DNA of 64,000 nucleotides from Schizochytrium sp. TIO01 (GCA_004764695.1 SMSO01000034.1:2790001-2854000), one strand, 5' to 3'. Positions 23,201 to 35,490 are shown, counted from the stretch's first letter. Made by a program: numbers and translations. Notes: a model not told the origin generated them from the sequence alone.

Positions 23201-25221
23201 GAACGCCCCCTCATGCTTGTAGTGAGAGTTCGCGGCGCCGCGACCGCATATTTTTGTTTTTCTGTTAATCTTTTTACTAATTATTTTAAAATCCTTATCT
23301 TTTTCTTTTCCCTTTTTTCAAAAATTTTATTCAGAAAATGAGTTCTGGCATGCAAGCCCAATGAAAGTAGAAGATAGCATACTGGCGGACAAAGCTTCAG
23401 GTTATCTGCATAACATAGTACACAGGTCCTACTCTTTGTAGGGACGTATGTAGATAGCTAGGTTGCAACAATATAAAATTGCAAAGTCCGCTGATGTCTG
23501 TATTACAGAGTACGGCTGGAGCAAAGCCAAGCTTGCAAGCAATTTGTGGAGGTCACTGAAGTAGTCCGTTCACCTTGCTTTGGAAAACACAGGAATGTAT
23601 GGCGCAAATCGCTAGTTTCGATTCTCATCCGTGGTTAGGTAAACCTAGCTCTTTGTAATTCAATGAACTTGGCATAGTTTGGTAGTTTCACTGTTTTTCC
23701 CTACGAATGGTGGTTGCGCAGTTCGCCAGCGCTATCCTTTGTCAAATTTAGACGTCACTTTTACCTGAATGGTTTGGCAGTTCTTGCTGAGTAGGTAGGT
23801 TGGTATCTTTTTCAAAATTGAATAAATTCATTGTGTCAGTAACATTCTTTTTAAAGTTATTGTCAATAGCTTTCACTTCGCTTGCACTAACTTCGACTTC
23901 TCGTTTTCATTGAGGATGGACACTTTCAATTTAGCTACTCCTGCTTAAGAAAAATTATAAACCTAGAGAATCGAAGCAAGGTGTGGACAGGTATTGCACT
24001 GTAGGACAATACAGGCCTAAACCTCGACGAATACTAGTTAGCTATGTCGTAGACGGAGCTTCAATGATATAAATGGCAGTATGTAGATGTAGGCTTCTCT
24101 ACATTTCATTATCTACCTCGAAGATTGGGGCACGTTGCTACGATGAAGCTCTGATCAGCCATCAAGGGGGCTAGAAAGGAACTACCTAGGTCCCAAGTAA
24201 GGCAGGTATTACGAGAAAGCACAGGAGTAATTTATACTTCAGTATCCATTATTTTCTGACATATATTGGTACAAAGAGAATTGTTGTAGCCTTGCCTGGT
24301 CAAAAGCCCAACCCAGCTGCTTATCATATGCGGAGGTCAACCGAAGAGTCGTCGGATGATCTTGGCTTCAGTCTACACCTCAGAGTAGAAGTCGCACGTT
24401 TGGATATCGTCTTCAATCTCTTAGAAATTCAATACTGATAACAGATACACTGTACACCCTATAACTCGTGAGGTCATTTCCGGAGAACATGAGCAAAGGT
24501 AATATTGATACTCTTTTCATCACTGTATCCCATTCGTAGTGTTGCCCAAAATTGGTAAACTCGTTATCTGCCCACTTCTGAAGCTGTAGTGCACTCAAGC
24601 TTTAGGCAAGACGTTGTCCTTAGGCCCATACCCAAAATACATAAACAGTTTGGATGCGTTTGCCTTTACATCAACGAACATTAGCTTCAAAGTGATATCC
24701 CAACCTATTCAGAAACTAGATGTGGTGATTGGGAGAAACCAACCATGAACTGAAACGCTGAAGACAGGTGAGTATGGGCAACGATTTATATAGATACAGG
24801 TTTAACAGCAACTTCGCGAGACAGGTAACAGATTTGACTTCAAGATTGAATGAGAACAGCTTGACCTGACAAATTTATTTATCTAAATGGGCCTGCCCAA
24901 AGTGGGTGGGCTCAAGGTTGTCATCTCTGCTTCTTTGAAACATAAACTCAAAGACTCAGATTACTGAGAGCTCTTTCTGCATTTTAACCCTGACTGATAA
25001 CTTCGTCTGAGTACAGCGGGACATGTGCAAGCAAGCAAGCAAGCAAGTAAGCGAACTTTACCAAGAGGGACATATTACATATGTACCTATAAGAACACAT
25101 AGGAGTCTAACTTGCTTCTCTTCGATCTATGAGTAGAGGTCAATCTTTGTCCTTTTTGTCAAGAAATAGAAGCACAAACAACATGTAAGCTGGTGTGGGC
25201 AGGGTGTCTGCTGCGCAAGCC

Positions 25222-28200
25222 ATGGCAAATCTTGCTCGAGTAATACAAATTCCTCTTCTAGACAACGCCCCTTTCCTGAGCCAAGGCTCTGCTTCCTACA
25301 ATGAAGATGTGGACGACCGGGACACCGAAGAAGTTGAACTTCAGTCCATCGACTCCGAGACAGAGCGCAACAAAGACGAGGCACATGATACTTCAGGGAC
25401 GGGTACTCGAAGACAGAAACAATGGATGAGACTTGGACGCAAACAGCCCCGCGACTCGCCTTTTGGTGGGTTCATTTCGCGATACGGCTGGTTAGTTCGC
25501 AAAGCTAGCCAATGTCCATTCCTACTCCCGTATCTTGGCCATCCTTTCGAAACGCCACGAGATCTAAATTCCTTCCTAGACCATGGTGTCGTTTATGCTG
25601 TACATGCATACCCAGACTCTAAACAGAGCCTTCGCAACGTATTTTTCTGCAAACTGCAGGACTGGACGTCAAAACATGAGAATCCTGAAATGTCACACCC
25701 TGGAGTTATTCGAGAGTTAATCTCAGATGTCGTGAGGTCTACACCAAATCAAATTCTGTCTCTCTTACGGAATATCATTGCGCAAATACTCAGCGCTTTA
25801 CTATTTCTTCATGAGAACGGAATCAGCCATAATTGTTTGCACATTAACGACATTCTTGTCAGTGGCTCAGAAGACCAATCTTTTGACAATACTACGCAAG
25901 CATCAACGAAGTCTTGCATCCATATACAAATTTGCAATTACAGTCTTCCCTGGCTTGCGGGGCGCAACGTGACCCGTGGGAACATCCTGGAAGAGCACAC
26001 CCAGACATGGCTTGAATTTGCTGCTCCCGAGGTTCTGTTTCTCGAGCCAGGGAGTATGTGCGCACCAGAAGATACATTTCACCCGCAAGGCGACGTTTGG
26101 GCCCTTGGCATGCTCCTTGCCTCTTTAGTAGGCTTTAGTGGAGACATCAAGGGGTCAGAGAGTCTTGCACTTGATCAACTCGAGGACTTTGCAAATCGAG
26201 CAGCAAAATTGGGGCAAGAACCCTACTCTTTAGCTGACGAAGTTTTGTGTGAGCTCAAAGGTGTGGATATAAACTTTCACGATCTTCTCCGTCGATGTCT
26301 TTACTTCAATCCTCAGCATAGAGACTCAGTACGGCAGCTTTTATCACACCCTTTTCTCGCTGGATACAAATTGCCGCGCATCCCAAGATATTCACTTTGG
26401 AGTGAGGCAATTGCTTGCCCTGTAAAACCGTCGTCAGTTCCTCCTCCGGCGTCTGCAATCAATCAACTATTTCAACTACGTGGATGCGGTGCTAGACTTG
26501 GAGTGCAAGATCACTTGTTGAACCAAAGATACTCAGGACAAGTATCTGAGGCTACCGCACTTCTCGAAGAAGAGCTCCGCCGAGCCATTTTTGAAGTCTC
26601 TGAGGGGAAGCCTGTCAACGATGCACTGCACAAAAGTTTAAGTGAGCCCGAATCATTAACCAAAACGGATGAGCTTAAAAACGATGCCAATAATATTTCT
26701 GAAAACCCTGAGGTTGAGGGAACCGTATCTTCTCAGCTGTGGAAGCGTGCATTAACTGGCTTGAAGTTCAGTGGTTCAAAAGTGAACCAATTGGCTTTCA
26801 AACAAGCTACAGGTGAAAACGAGCCGCTTAGTAGTACTCAGGCAAGTAACACCTCAAGTGTTCGATCTCGAGTGTCTGGACCAGCATCTGCTCACCGACA
26901 CTTTCTTCTCCGAAGAATTGTTGAAATTCAACAAGTCATTGCTTTGCTATGTTTGAACCAAGGAAACTTGCAACTTAATGTAGAGCTTCGACGACTTGTT
27001 GAACGTGCGAGCGTGGCAGCTACGGTAGATGGCGATGCGAGTCTGTCAGTCTCGTTTCGCTCTTTGACATGGCTTGCCCTCCTCAATATCCCTCTCCATC
27101 CGGCAACACCAGGATCCGAACAAGACTCCACCTCGGGCGCCCCTCTGGATGTGGCTGACTCTATTTATTTAGAGTATGATATTCTCAAGCCCCTTCTTCG
27201 AGGGGCTCACCCAGTTAATCATCAACTGGTTCAGGATATTCCCAGATGCCATCAATATCACCCGGCTCTACAATCTGGGGAAATGCGAAAGCAAATTGCA
27301 AATGTACTTAAGGCATGGGTCCTAAGTAACCCAAAAGGTGCTTATTGGCAAGGTATGGATTCTCTTGCTGCTACGATATGCGTAATGTTCCCCGGTAACG
27401 AACCCGTAGCATTTACTGTATTCAATAAATTTGTTGCAACGCATCTGGCGGGTCTCTTCACAGCGGCTTCAACAATAGATGCTAAGGTTCATGATCAACG
27501 GATTCACCAACGTCTGAGTGCACTTGAGCAAATGCTTACCTTTCATGACCCCGTATTAGCTGCTCACTTGCAGAAGCTAGGTGTGGAAATGGAGCATTTT
27601 GCGCTTCCCTGGATCTTGACAATGTTTGCTCATGTTTTGCCAATTGAAACAGTTTGGCGCATGTGGGATTTCTGCATGGTCAGGGAACCTGGCCGCGGAG
27701 TGTCCCTTCTTTGTGTGACAATGCTCGTTGAACTTCGGGAAGTTTTATTTAACTTTACAGAGTTTGGTGAAACTGTATCATTCCTTACCCGTTTACCCAT
27801 TTGTCTTGACGAGCTTGCACATCGCTGTTTAGTTCTTGCCCGGGCTGCTGACAAGCTATCACCCGAGCTTGCGCCACTCTCATGGAGTGCTGCAATATCT
27901 AAGAATCCTTCAATCACTTTACAGTCTCCATCAATCTCCTGGGAAGCAGTTTTACGTTACCGTCCGAAATTGTTTTTGGTCCGCATTGACAGCTCGGATG
28001 AAAGTCAAGAAGTAATTTCTTCAGCTACAGAGCCACGTTCAAATAAGGATGCATTTTCACCGCTTCAAATTAAAGCAGATCCCGATTTATGTTCTTCTAA
28101 TCTCGAAGAAATCGTCGCGCGATGTAGAGAACTGAGCAAAACGCAGCATGTAATTGCGCTTTTTAGCTTTGAGCAGGAATTGATCACGCCGGTTATTGAG

Positions 28201-28266
28201 CACCTGGTTACAGATCTCCATTTTCCTTTCGTATGTCTTTTAGAAGGAGTCTCGCGAGAACAGTAG
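25222..28266 (+). CDS. TBCK: TBC-domain-containing protein kinase-like protein (pseudokinase + TBC RabGAP + rhodanese-like)
   Basis: First in-frame ATG is at 25222. Kinase fold with degenerate catalytic motifs (HNCLHINDIL for HRD, CNY for DFG; APE and DVWALG retained). TBC motifs QDIPRCHQY and YWQGMDSL are characteristic of TBCK. The C-terminal HLVTDLHFPFVCLLEG resembles the TBCK rhodanese end. Confidence 0.88.
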   Translation: MANLARVIQIPLLDNAPFLSQGSASYNEDVDDRDTEEVELQSIDSETERNKDEAHDTSGTGTRRQKQWMRLGRKQPRDSPFGGFISRYGWLVRKASQCPFLLPYLGHPFETPRDLNSFLDHGVVYAVHAYPDSKQSLRNVFFCKLQDWTSKHENPEMSHPGVIRELISDVVRSTPNQILSLLRNIIAQILSALLFLHENGISHNCLHINDILVSGSEDQSFDNTTQASTKSCIHIQICNYSLPWLAGRNVTRGNILEEHTQTWLEFAAPEVLFLEPGSMCAPEDTFHPQGDVWALGMLLASLVGFSGDIKGSESLALDQLEDFANRAAKLGQEPYSLADEVLCELKGVDINFHDLLRRCLYFNPQHRDSVRQLLSHPFLAGYKLPRIPRYSLWSEAIACPVKPSSVPPPASAINQLFQLRGCGARLGVQDHLLNQRYSGQVSEATALLEEELRRAIFEVSEGKPVNDALHKSLSEPESLTKTDELKNDANNISENPEVEGTVSSQLWKRALTGLKFSGSKVNQLAFKQATGENEPLSSTQASNTSSVRSRVSGPASAHRHFLLRRIVEIQQVIALLCLNQGNLQLNVELRRLVERASVAATVDGDASLSVSFRSLTWLALLNIPLHPATPGSEQDSTSGAPLDVADSIYLEYDILKPLLRGAHPVNHQLVQDIPRCHQYHPALQSGEMRKQIANVLKAWVLSNPKGAYWQGMDSLAATICVMFPGNEPVAFTVFNKFVATHLAGLFTAASTIDAKVHDQRIHQRLSALEQMLTFHDPVLAAHLQKLGVEMEHFALPWILTMFAHVLPIETVWRMWDFCMVREPGRGVSLLCVTMLVELREVLFNFTEFGETVSFLTRLPICLDELAHRCLVLARAADKLSPELAPLSWSAAISKNPSITLQSPSISWEAVLRYRPKLFLVRIDSSDESQEVISSATEPRSNKDAFSPLQIKADPDLCSSNLEEIVARCRELSKTQHVIALFSFEQELITPVIEHLVTDLHFPFVCLLEGVSREQ

Positions 28267-29428
28267 TCTCACAAATATTCTTCTAAATATTAAAAGAGTT
28301 GTTGCTTTTTATTTATATAGCTACACAAAAGCAAAATAAAAATACTACCTAGGTATTGATTGCCTTGCAAGGAGGCTCTGCGACTTCTGTTCTCCAGTAC
28401 CTTTAGCTAGTACTATCTCAATTTTGCCGAGGGTAACATTTTCAAAAGTTCCAACTAGGTTCATGGGACTTTTCATGATGTCAAATTTGTAAACGTCCCT
28501 GCTGCTGCTGCTGCTGCTGCATTATCAATAATGATGAATTCCGCGAACTTCGAAGGTTCATGGCTCGACGCACTTGATACTAACATCACTTAGAGGGATC
28601 TTGATAGTAACGAGGTTGTACAGACCTTTCACCGATTCTTGGTCTCCGCTCCAACATCATATCATGCAGTTCACAAATAGTGCAACAGGAATTCGCACTA
28701 CTCGCAACTTCTACTGAAGCTTCTAGAGGGGTTTCTAGTACATGCTTTTTGCACCCCTTTCTGCCGCAATAGGTATTACTAAGACCGCTTAGCTCACTCT
28801 AGTATTATTCATGAGTACAATTAATAGGTAGTGCATTTGTCCCAAAATCATAAATACAACTTCTTATTGTGGCATTCTATAAGGTGAGAAAAAAACAAAA
28901 ACAGAAAACATTGCTCCGATGTCACACCAGATGCGAACAGCCCTTGCATATCGAGGGTCAATGCACGTTTCAGAGCAAGCAAAACCAAATCATCAAACTG
29001 TGAAAAAGGGATATCTTACGCTTGCAAAACACAGTCTCAACATAGAGGTTGTTTTAAAGGTTCTTTCTGACCGTTCAGTTATATGTCTTTTGATTGAGAA
29101 GAATCGTGTTCTAGGGCTCGGACGGTCAGGAACTTCTCCAGGATTGGCGAAACCAGCATCAAAGGCAAGGTAAACTAATATTTAAGTGGGGTTGAGTGTG
29201 TGACATATAGCTGCACGAGGGAGCAATCAATCGAACTCTGGGCAGGCAGGCTCCGTACTCCATTCGCTGCCATAGCGAGACACGGAAAGGCAAGTTCTTC
29301 TTTCAGCAAAAGAGACGAAAACACAACACCTCCTTCAGAAAGCAAAAAAGAATCGGCGTGCCCCTTCTTCACAGCTTTGCTGTAAACTATATAGCCCTCA
29401 GCTTTAGGAAAACTGGCATTGTAAGATC

Positions 29429-31135
29429 ATGACAAGCGCATTGGACCTGCTGTGGACGAGTGTCAAGGCAATCTTACCAGTGTTTTTGATTCTGGCATGT
29501 GGCGTCTTTGGTGTGCGCAAGGGCGTGTTTGACCAGCGCACGGGCGCGATGCTCTCTTGGCTAGTCAAGTTTGTCTTTGTCCCATCCCTTATGTTCATTC
29601 GTCTCGGAGAAGGCCTTTCGCAGGAACTTTTTGCAGAGGTCTGGATCCTCATGGTGATGGGTCTTATCGTGCTCCTTATTAATTGGGTGCTGGGAGCAAT
29701 GTTAGTGCCTATTGCCAAACCAACGCGATCGTTTCGTGTATGGTTTATCTATTCAATGACGTTTCCTAACATTACAGCCTTGCCTCTTGCTTTTATTGGT
29801 GCAGTTTGCGCCGGAAGTAAGATTCGGAGACCAGCTCGAACTGCTATTTTAGGCACCGTTGAAGGAGAATTCTATACTGCAACGGAGTGTGTTGAAGTTG
29901 GAGAACTGTATTTGTTTATCTACATCATTTTTCCTAATGTGCTTATCTTCGCAGCACCAACCATGCTCAATGCATTTTACAAACCTGATCCCGAAGCTGT
30001 TGATCAGGGCATTCAAGACCAATTCCACTCCAACGAAGATGAAATAGAGCCTCAACGTTCCGAAAGTCTTTCTTATCCTAAATCACAGATTAGTTCGGGC
30101 TTGGCTGATGTAGATGACTCAGAAGCCAATTACGGAGATGTGGAGCTTGCTTTACCTGCTCCAGAGACTCAAAGTCCTGAGGCCAAAAACAAACAAATTC
30201 CAGGGAGTGATTTGCAGAACAAGGACCCAACTTGCGCTATGGCTGACTCGGGAAGTTCCTTTTCTACTTCCAGTGAGGATATTGCGCACGACGGGTCTCA
30301 AAACGAAACGAGGGAGGTGCAAATAGAAAGTATTGAACAGTTGCCCAATCAGGCTGTCTCAGAAGCATCTGGTAAAGAGACACGAAACCTGGGCCGTATC
30401 TGGGGCCAGATTTTGATTGATACTGTGGTTCAGCCAGCAGTCTCCGGTCAGATAATAGCAATTATAATCTCCTTGATCCCTCCTCTTCAATCTTTCGTCT
30501 TTAGCAGCAACAGCTTTGCTACACCCTTTATTAGCGTTCTTCGCCTCTTTGCACCTGGCCTCGTTTCCATTATTACACTTGCGTTGTCCATTATTCTTGG
30601 CACCAAGCTCCTCAAAACTAAATATAAAGACCTTTGGGGAGGGAATGAAGCTGACACTGGTTTCTCGAAAAGGACATTGCTCTTCTTTGTGTTGGGTCGC
30701 ACAATTATTCTTCCGGGGATCGAGTTCGGCTTGCTTTATGCTGCTCTTGATATATTCCCAAATGATCAGATGCTATTAATTATCCTGTAAGTTTATCGCT
30801 AGTGGTTTGTGTTTGAAGGTAGAAAAGGTACCTGGATATCTAGACAAATTTGAAGCAGTTAATTTCACTGTAGTCATGCTGTGATGAGTGACAAGGAAAA
30901 GGCATCATGACGACTAACTCACTGATGACTGAAACGCTAATTTTTGAAAAACAGGTTTTTTGAGGCTTTTGTTCCTACGGGTAATATGTGTGCGATTTGT
31001 GCCCCCCCAGCCCAGGGCCAAATTATTAGCCTTGGCATGATTAATCAGTATCTTGTTGGCATCTTAACCATGACATTCTGGTGTTTCTTAACACTGTCCA
31101 TTACTACGGCAGTGACAGACCCATATTCTGTTTAA
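29429..31135 (+). CDS. PILS / auxin-efflux-carrier (Mem_trans) family membrane transporter; 2 exons
   Basis: Join 29429-30786 and 30955-31135 (512 aa). The intron has CT|GTAAGT ... GCTAAT...ACAG|G and restores the frame (CTG). Two hydrophobic halves around an acidic loop; motifs VFVPSLMF, FPNITALPLAFIGAVC, QPAVSGQI, EAFVPTG. Confidence 0.85.
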
Positions 31136-32176
31136 AGGACCACCCTAATTTACACTGTAGCTTTTGCAATTCCTGGGATGATATCACATTTAACCGCTTA
31201 TTTTTTTTGTTGAACCCTTGACAAATATTCATTTTCCAAATATATTAAATTTATTTCGGAAATGCTTCAATTTGAGTCCCTTCACCTATAATTTGTTGAG
31301 AATTAGAGGTATTGGAATAAAATAAGATTACCCTATTTTGAATGTATGCTTAAACCGATGAATACCGTTTGTCATATTTGACGTCGTCCATTGAAAAAGA
31401 GCCTTAAACAGGGTCCCAAGGTTCATGGAATAATATTGCTGAATGCTGGCGATGATTCATATCTGGTTTGACCAGTTTATTGCATCCCCTACTTTTCATC
31501 TCTCGATTTGTCCACCACGCTACGCACTACAAGCCTGAGGTTACGACTAGATCAATATAGCTTGAGCATTCACAGAGATGTAATTACGAGTAGATGCTAT
31601 GCGATGGTATCTTCATTGGCATGCTAGTAGTCCTATATAGCTTCTACTTGTATCCTCTCTGTCTCTTTGCTTCAATGCTCTGCTACCTATATCTTTCTCT
31701 GTCTATCTCTCTAAGTAGGCAGTATATTATTGTTGTTTATACAAAATATCATTTATATATTATCATTGTTTCTCATGTTGATTGCTACTGAAGTCTATCT
31801 GATCCTATTGATTGCCATTCTCTATATCTGTCTGTGTGCCCGCGTGGCGCTGCAAAACAGAGTCCTCGTGCAGAGTCCGGGGCCGAGAGTGCCGCGACCT
31901 TGCTCGCGAGAGGGGTGCTGTCAAGGCCTGCTCGGAGGCCCAGTCTTTAGCTCCGCACGCTCGTCGGTCTTCCGCGAGCCCCCGCAAGCAAGCGGGCATC
32001 CATTGAACGAAGCCGGTCGGCGGCTACGTCTCTCTTCGTTGTACCGCTTCTGTGCTGCTTGTGGACGCGCTTCTCTCTCTTGAAATAAGTTCAAGGGGGC
32101 TTTGCACAAAGACACCAAGCAGAAAGAGCAATCGAAAAGGGCTCGGCTTCTCGCGTAGCTACCTAGCAGTGAGATA

Positions 32177-32414
32177 GTAAGTTTGGCGAACCATCCTACA
32201 CATGTGAAGAGAACAATCAAGGCAATTACGCTATCCTACCGTTGATTGGAGCCTTCTGAGTCGTCGTGAGACACGTAGTAGGCCAGAGTGGAATCTTCTC
32301 GTGCAAACATGATCTTTGAGACAAAGATTTTTCATACGAACCTTGTGTGAAGACAGTTGGTAACTAACGAATTGTGGAGTTTTGTTCATCCACGCGGAAT
32401 TGAATTGTTAACAG
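32177..32414 (+). other. Probable 5'-UTR intron of the AP-1 gamma gene
   Basis: GTAAGT at 32177, branch-like ACTAAC near 32363, TTAACAG acceptor at 32414, 34 nt before the ATG. Confidence 0.5.
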
Positions 32415-32448
32415 GGAATAGAACTTTTGTGTGTGCTATTACTGCACC

Positions 32449-35088
32449 ATGTCGATCAAACTTAGGGACCTGATCCGCAATGTGCGGGCCTGTAAAACTG
32501 CCGCTGAGGAGCGCGCAGTAATTGCCAAGGAATGTGCGCTGATCCGCACCTCTTTTAAGGATGAGGATGCCACCTTCCGCCACAGAAATGTCGCAAAGCT
32601 TCTCTTCATCCATATGCTTGGCTACCCTAGTCACTTTGGACAAATGGAGTGCTTGAAGTTGATTGCAAGCCCCCGCTTTCTTGATAAACGTGTGGGATAT
32701 CTTGGACTCTCGATTCTCGTGGAGGAAAGCGCCGAGGTGCTGACCTTGGTAACTAACTCACTCAGCACTGATCTCGAGCACCGTAACCAGTTCATTCAGG
32801 GTCTAGCCCTTTCCGCGCTTGGTAACGTGAGTAACAAAGATATGCTCCGTGATCTCTCCAACCAGGTGCTTAAGCTTCTTTCGCACTCCAATGTCTATGT
32901 ACGCAAGAAGGCAGCTCTTTGCGCTGTGCAAATCATGAAGAAGGTGCCTGACATGGTGGAGGATTTTGTCCCGGCAGCTATCCAAATGATGCAGGATCGC
33001 AACCACTCAATCCGGCTCACCGCAATTACTTTGCTCACAGAAATTGCGCACAGCTACCCGAGCTTTATGAAGAAGATGCGAAAGGCTGTGCCACACCTTG
33101 TCAAGCTTCTAAAGGACCTTGTGCTCAGTGGCTACTCACCTGAGTACGATGTGAATGGTATTACAGATCCGTTCTTGCAGGTGCAGACGCTTCGCCTTCT
33201 AGGACTTTTGGGTAAGGAGCACGCAGGCGCATCGGAGCAAATGAACGATATTCTCGCGCAGGTTGCCACAAACACAGAGGGCAACCGTAACTCTGGCAAC
33301 TCTATCCTCTATGAGTGTGTTCGTACAATTCTTACAATCGAATGCGAGGATGGCTTGCGCGTGCTTGCAATTAACATTCTTGGTCGTTTCCTTCAGAACC
33401 GCGACAACAACATCCGTTACATTGCGCTTTATATGCTCAACAATGTTGTGGAAATTGACAAGGATGCAGTGCAGCGGCACCGCGAGACAATCGTTGAATG
33501 TTTGCGTGACTCGGATTCTTCAATTCGATCCCGTGCCATTGAGCTCGTGTTCGCACTCCTTAACAGGGATTCTATTGTGCAGCTCTCGAAGGAGGTCCTT
33601 AACTACCTTGTCGTGGCACCCGAAGAACAAAAAGAAACCATTTGCACGCGCCTACATGACGCATCTTTTCTGTTTGCACCGTCCAAGGCGTGGCAAGTTC
33701 ATACTCTTGTTTCGATTCTTTGCATCGCCGGTGGCAAGGTGCGCGACCAGGTTTGGCACTCAGCTGTAGCACTCATTGGCCAGCCGGAGAGTGAATCCTT
33801 CCGCCCCCAGGTGGTACACCGTCTCCTTGATGCCCTTAGCGAGGATAAGAGTCAGCGTGGACTAGTCTGTGTCGCTGTATGGACTCTGGGTGAGTTTGGC
33901 ACGCTCGTTTTCGCGCCTGTGGAGAAGGAGGAGTCCACGGATATGTATTCACCGCGTTCTGAGGACGAGGTTCTTGACCTTCTTGAATCCACTCGTCGCA
34001 GCCATGACGCCACCTCGCAGATCAAGGCTATGGTCCTCAATGCCTATGTTAAACTAGCTGTGCGGTTTCAGGAGACCCGTCCGCGCGTCCATGAGCTCCT
34101 CAAGACTTACGAGCAATCGATGAACGCTGATCTTCAGGCCCGATCCACTGAGTACTTTGCCATGGTCAGCGGCGACTTTGACTCCACCATGAAGAACGAA
34201 TGGCTTGCGCAGATGCCAGCACCTACTGATGAGGAGATGGCTGAGCGAAGAGTTCGCGCTGCCGAAGCAGTGCTCGATGTTGATGAGTACATGCTTGACG
34301 GTGATGATGGGGAGGACAGTGACGATGATGACGACGATGACAGCGACGATGATGACAGCGATGAGGAAGAGGCAGCAGCCGCTCGTCGTCGTGCCAAGGC
34401 GAAAAAGTCCAAGGCCTCTGCTGGCGCCTCGGCACCTGCGAAGGAGTCTTCCAACTTGCTTGACCTTGATGATATCTTTGGCGGTGGTAGCAGCACCGGC
34501 GGCAGCGCTCCTGTTGCCGCTAGCTCAGGTTCTAGCGCCAATCAGATAGACCTCCTGTCAGACATCTTTGGTGGTAGTGCCCCGGCCCCGCAGCCATCAG
34601 CGGCTCCGGCCCCGCCTATGAGCTCTTCGCTTGGCGGCGGGGATGACTTGCTGGGGGTCTTTGGTGGGTCCAGCAATGGCACCTCTAGCAACATAGATGT
34701 CTTCGGAGGCAATGTTGGTGGTGGAGAAAGCTTCCCCACTCTCAAAGCCTTTGAGAAGGATGGTATCTCAGTAGTGATGGATTTCGCACGTGGCTCTGCT
34801 GATAAGGAGGTCATTGTCACAGCTACATATTCCAACAGTAATGCAGAGGAGGTCTCCGGTTTTGTACTGCAGAGTGCTGTGCCCAAGTTCATCTCTCAGC
34901 GGATGGAGTCTCCCTCAGGCAACGTCCTCCCAGCTTTTAACTCTGGTAGTGTGCAGCAACGCATCGTTCTTGTTAACTCAATGCAAGGATCGAAGCCAAT
35001 TGTCATGAAGATCAAAATTACCTACAACCGCAACGGCCAGCAGGTTGTTGAGCAGGCCACTGTGCAGGGGTTTCCATCAGGACTCTAA
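32449..35088 (+). CDS. AP1G1: AP-1 complex subunit gamma (gamma-adaptin)
   Basis: Begins MSIKLRDLIRNVRACKTAAEERAVIAKECALIR; has HMLGYPSHFGQMECLKLIAS and DPFLQV; acidic hinge with clathrin-box-like LLDLD/DLL motifs; C-terminal gamma-ear (AVPKF). 879 aa from the ATG at 32449. Confidence 0.96.
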   Translation: MSIKLRDLIRNVRACKTAAEERAVIAKECALIRTSFKDEDATFRHRNVAKLLFIHMLGYPSHFGQMECLKLIASPRFLDKRVGYLGLSILVEESAEVLTLVTNSLSTDLEHRNQFIQGLALSALGNVSNKDMLRDLSNQVLKLLSHSNVYVRKKAALCAVQIMKKVPDMVEDFVPAAIQMMQDRNHSIRLTAITLLTEIAHSYPSFMKKMRKAVPHLVKLLKDLVLSGYSPEYDVNGITDPFLQVQTLRLLGLLGKEHAGASEQMNDILAQVATNTEGNRNSGNSILYECVRTILTIECEDGLRVLAINILGRFLQNRDNNIRYIALYMLNNVVEIDKDAVQRHRETIVECLRDSDSSIRSRAIELVFALLNRDSIVQLSKEVLNYLVVAPEEQKETICTRLHDASFLFAPSKAWQVHTLVSILCIAGGKVRDQVWHSAVALIGQPESESFRPQVVHRLLDALSEDKSQRGLVCVAVWTLGEFGTLVFAPVEKEESTDMYSPRSEDEVLDLLESTRRSHDATSQIKAMVLNAYVKLAVRFQETRPRVHELLKTYEQSMNADLQARSTEYFAMVSGDFDSTMKNEWLAQMPAPTDEEMAERRVRAAEAVLDVDEYMLDGDDGEDSDDDDDDDSDDDDSDEEEAAAARRRAKAKKSKASAGASAPAKESSNLLDLDDIFGGGSSTGGSAPVAASSGSSANQIDLLSDIFGGSAPAPQPSAAPAPPMSSSLGGGDDLLGVFGGSSNGTSSNIDVFGGNVGGGESFPTLKAFEKDGISVVMDFARGSADKEVIVTATYSNSNAEEVSGFVLQSAVPKFISQRMESPSGNVLPAFNSGSVQQRIVLVNSMQGSKPIVMKIKITYNRNGQQVVEQATVQGFPSGL

Positions 35089-35490
35089 ACGAGAAAATTT
35101 TCTAAATAAAACGCTACTCTAGCAAACCACAACTTATATTGCATGTTGCAGACATGGTTTCATTCCACTTCATCTGTTCGTTAACTCAAACTCTGTGAAA
35201 AATGAACCTTTCCAGAAATACCTAGGATAATCTGCGACGTCATTCTCATATGATATTTGTCGTACTTGCCTCCCCACATGAGATTGAAGTCCCTCCACAT
35301 ATGCAATCTTGAAATTTACTTTTTTCGATAAAAAGGTCACGTGAGCAGAAGGTCAGAGTGCTTACCTTTCAAAACACAAAGTGAAACACTTAGAACACTT
35401 AGAATAGTACTATCCATGTACAACCTTGTCTCACAAAAAACAATAATAATAAAATCCAAGTGACCAAAACACATTTATGAACAATAAATA

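Noticed and set aside
30872-30930. C/D-like pattern in the PILS intron (AGTCA..GTGATGA..ATGACGA..CTGA-TGACT)
   Set aside because: Only 45 nt from C to D, no clear D' box or recognisable guide, and it overlaps a branch-point-like ACTAAC close to the acceptor. Not excluded, but unsupported.
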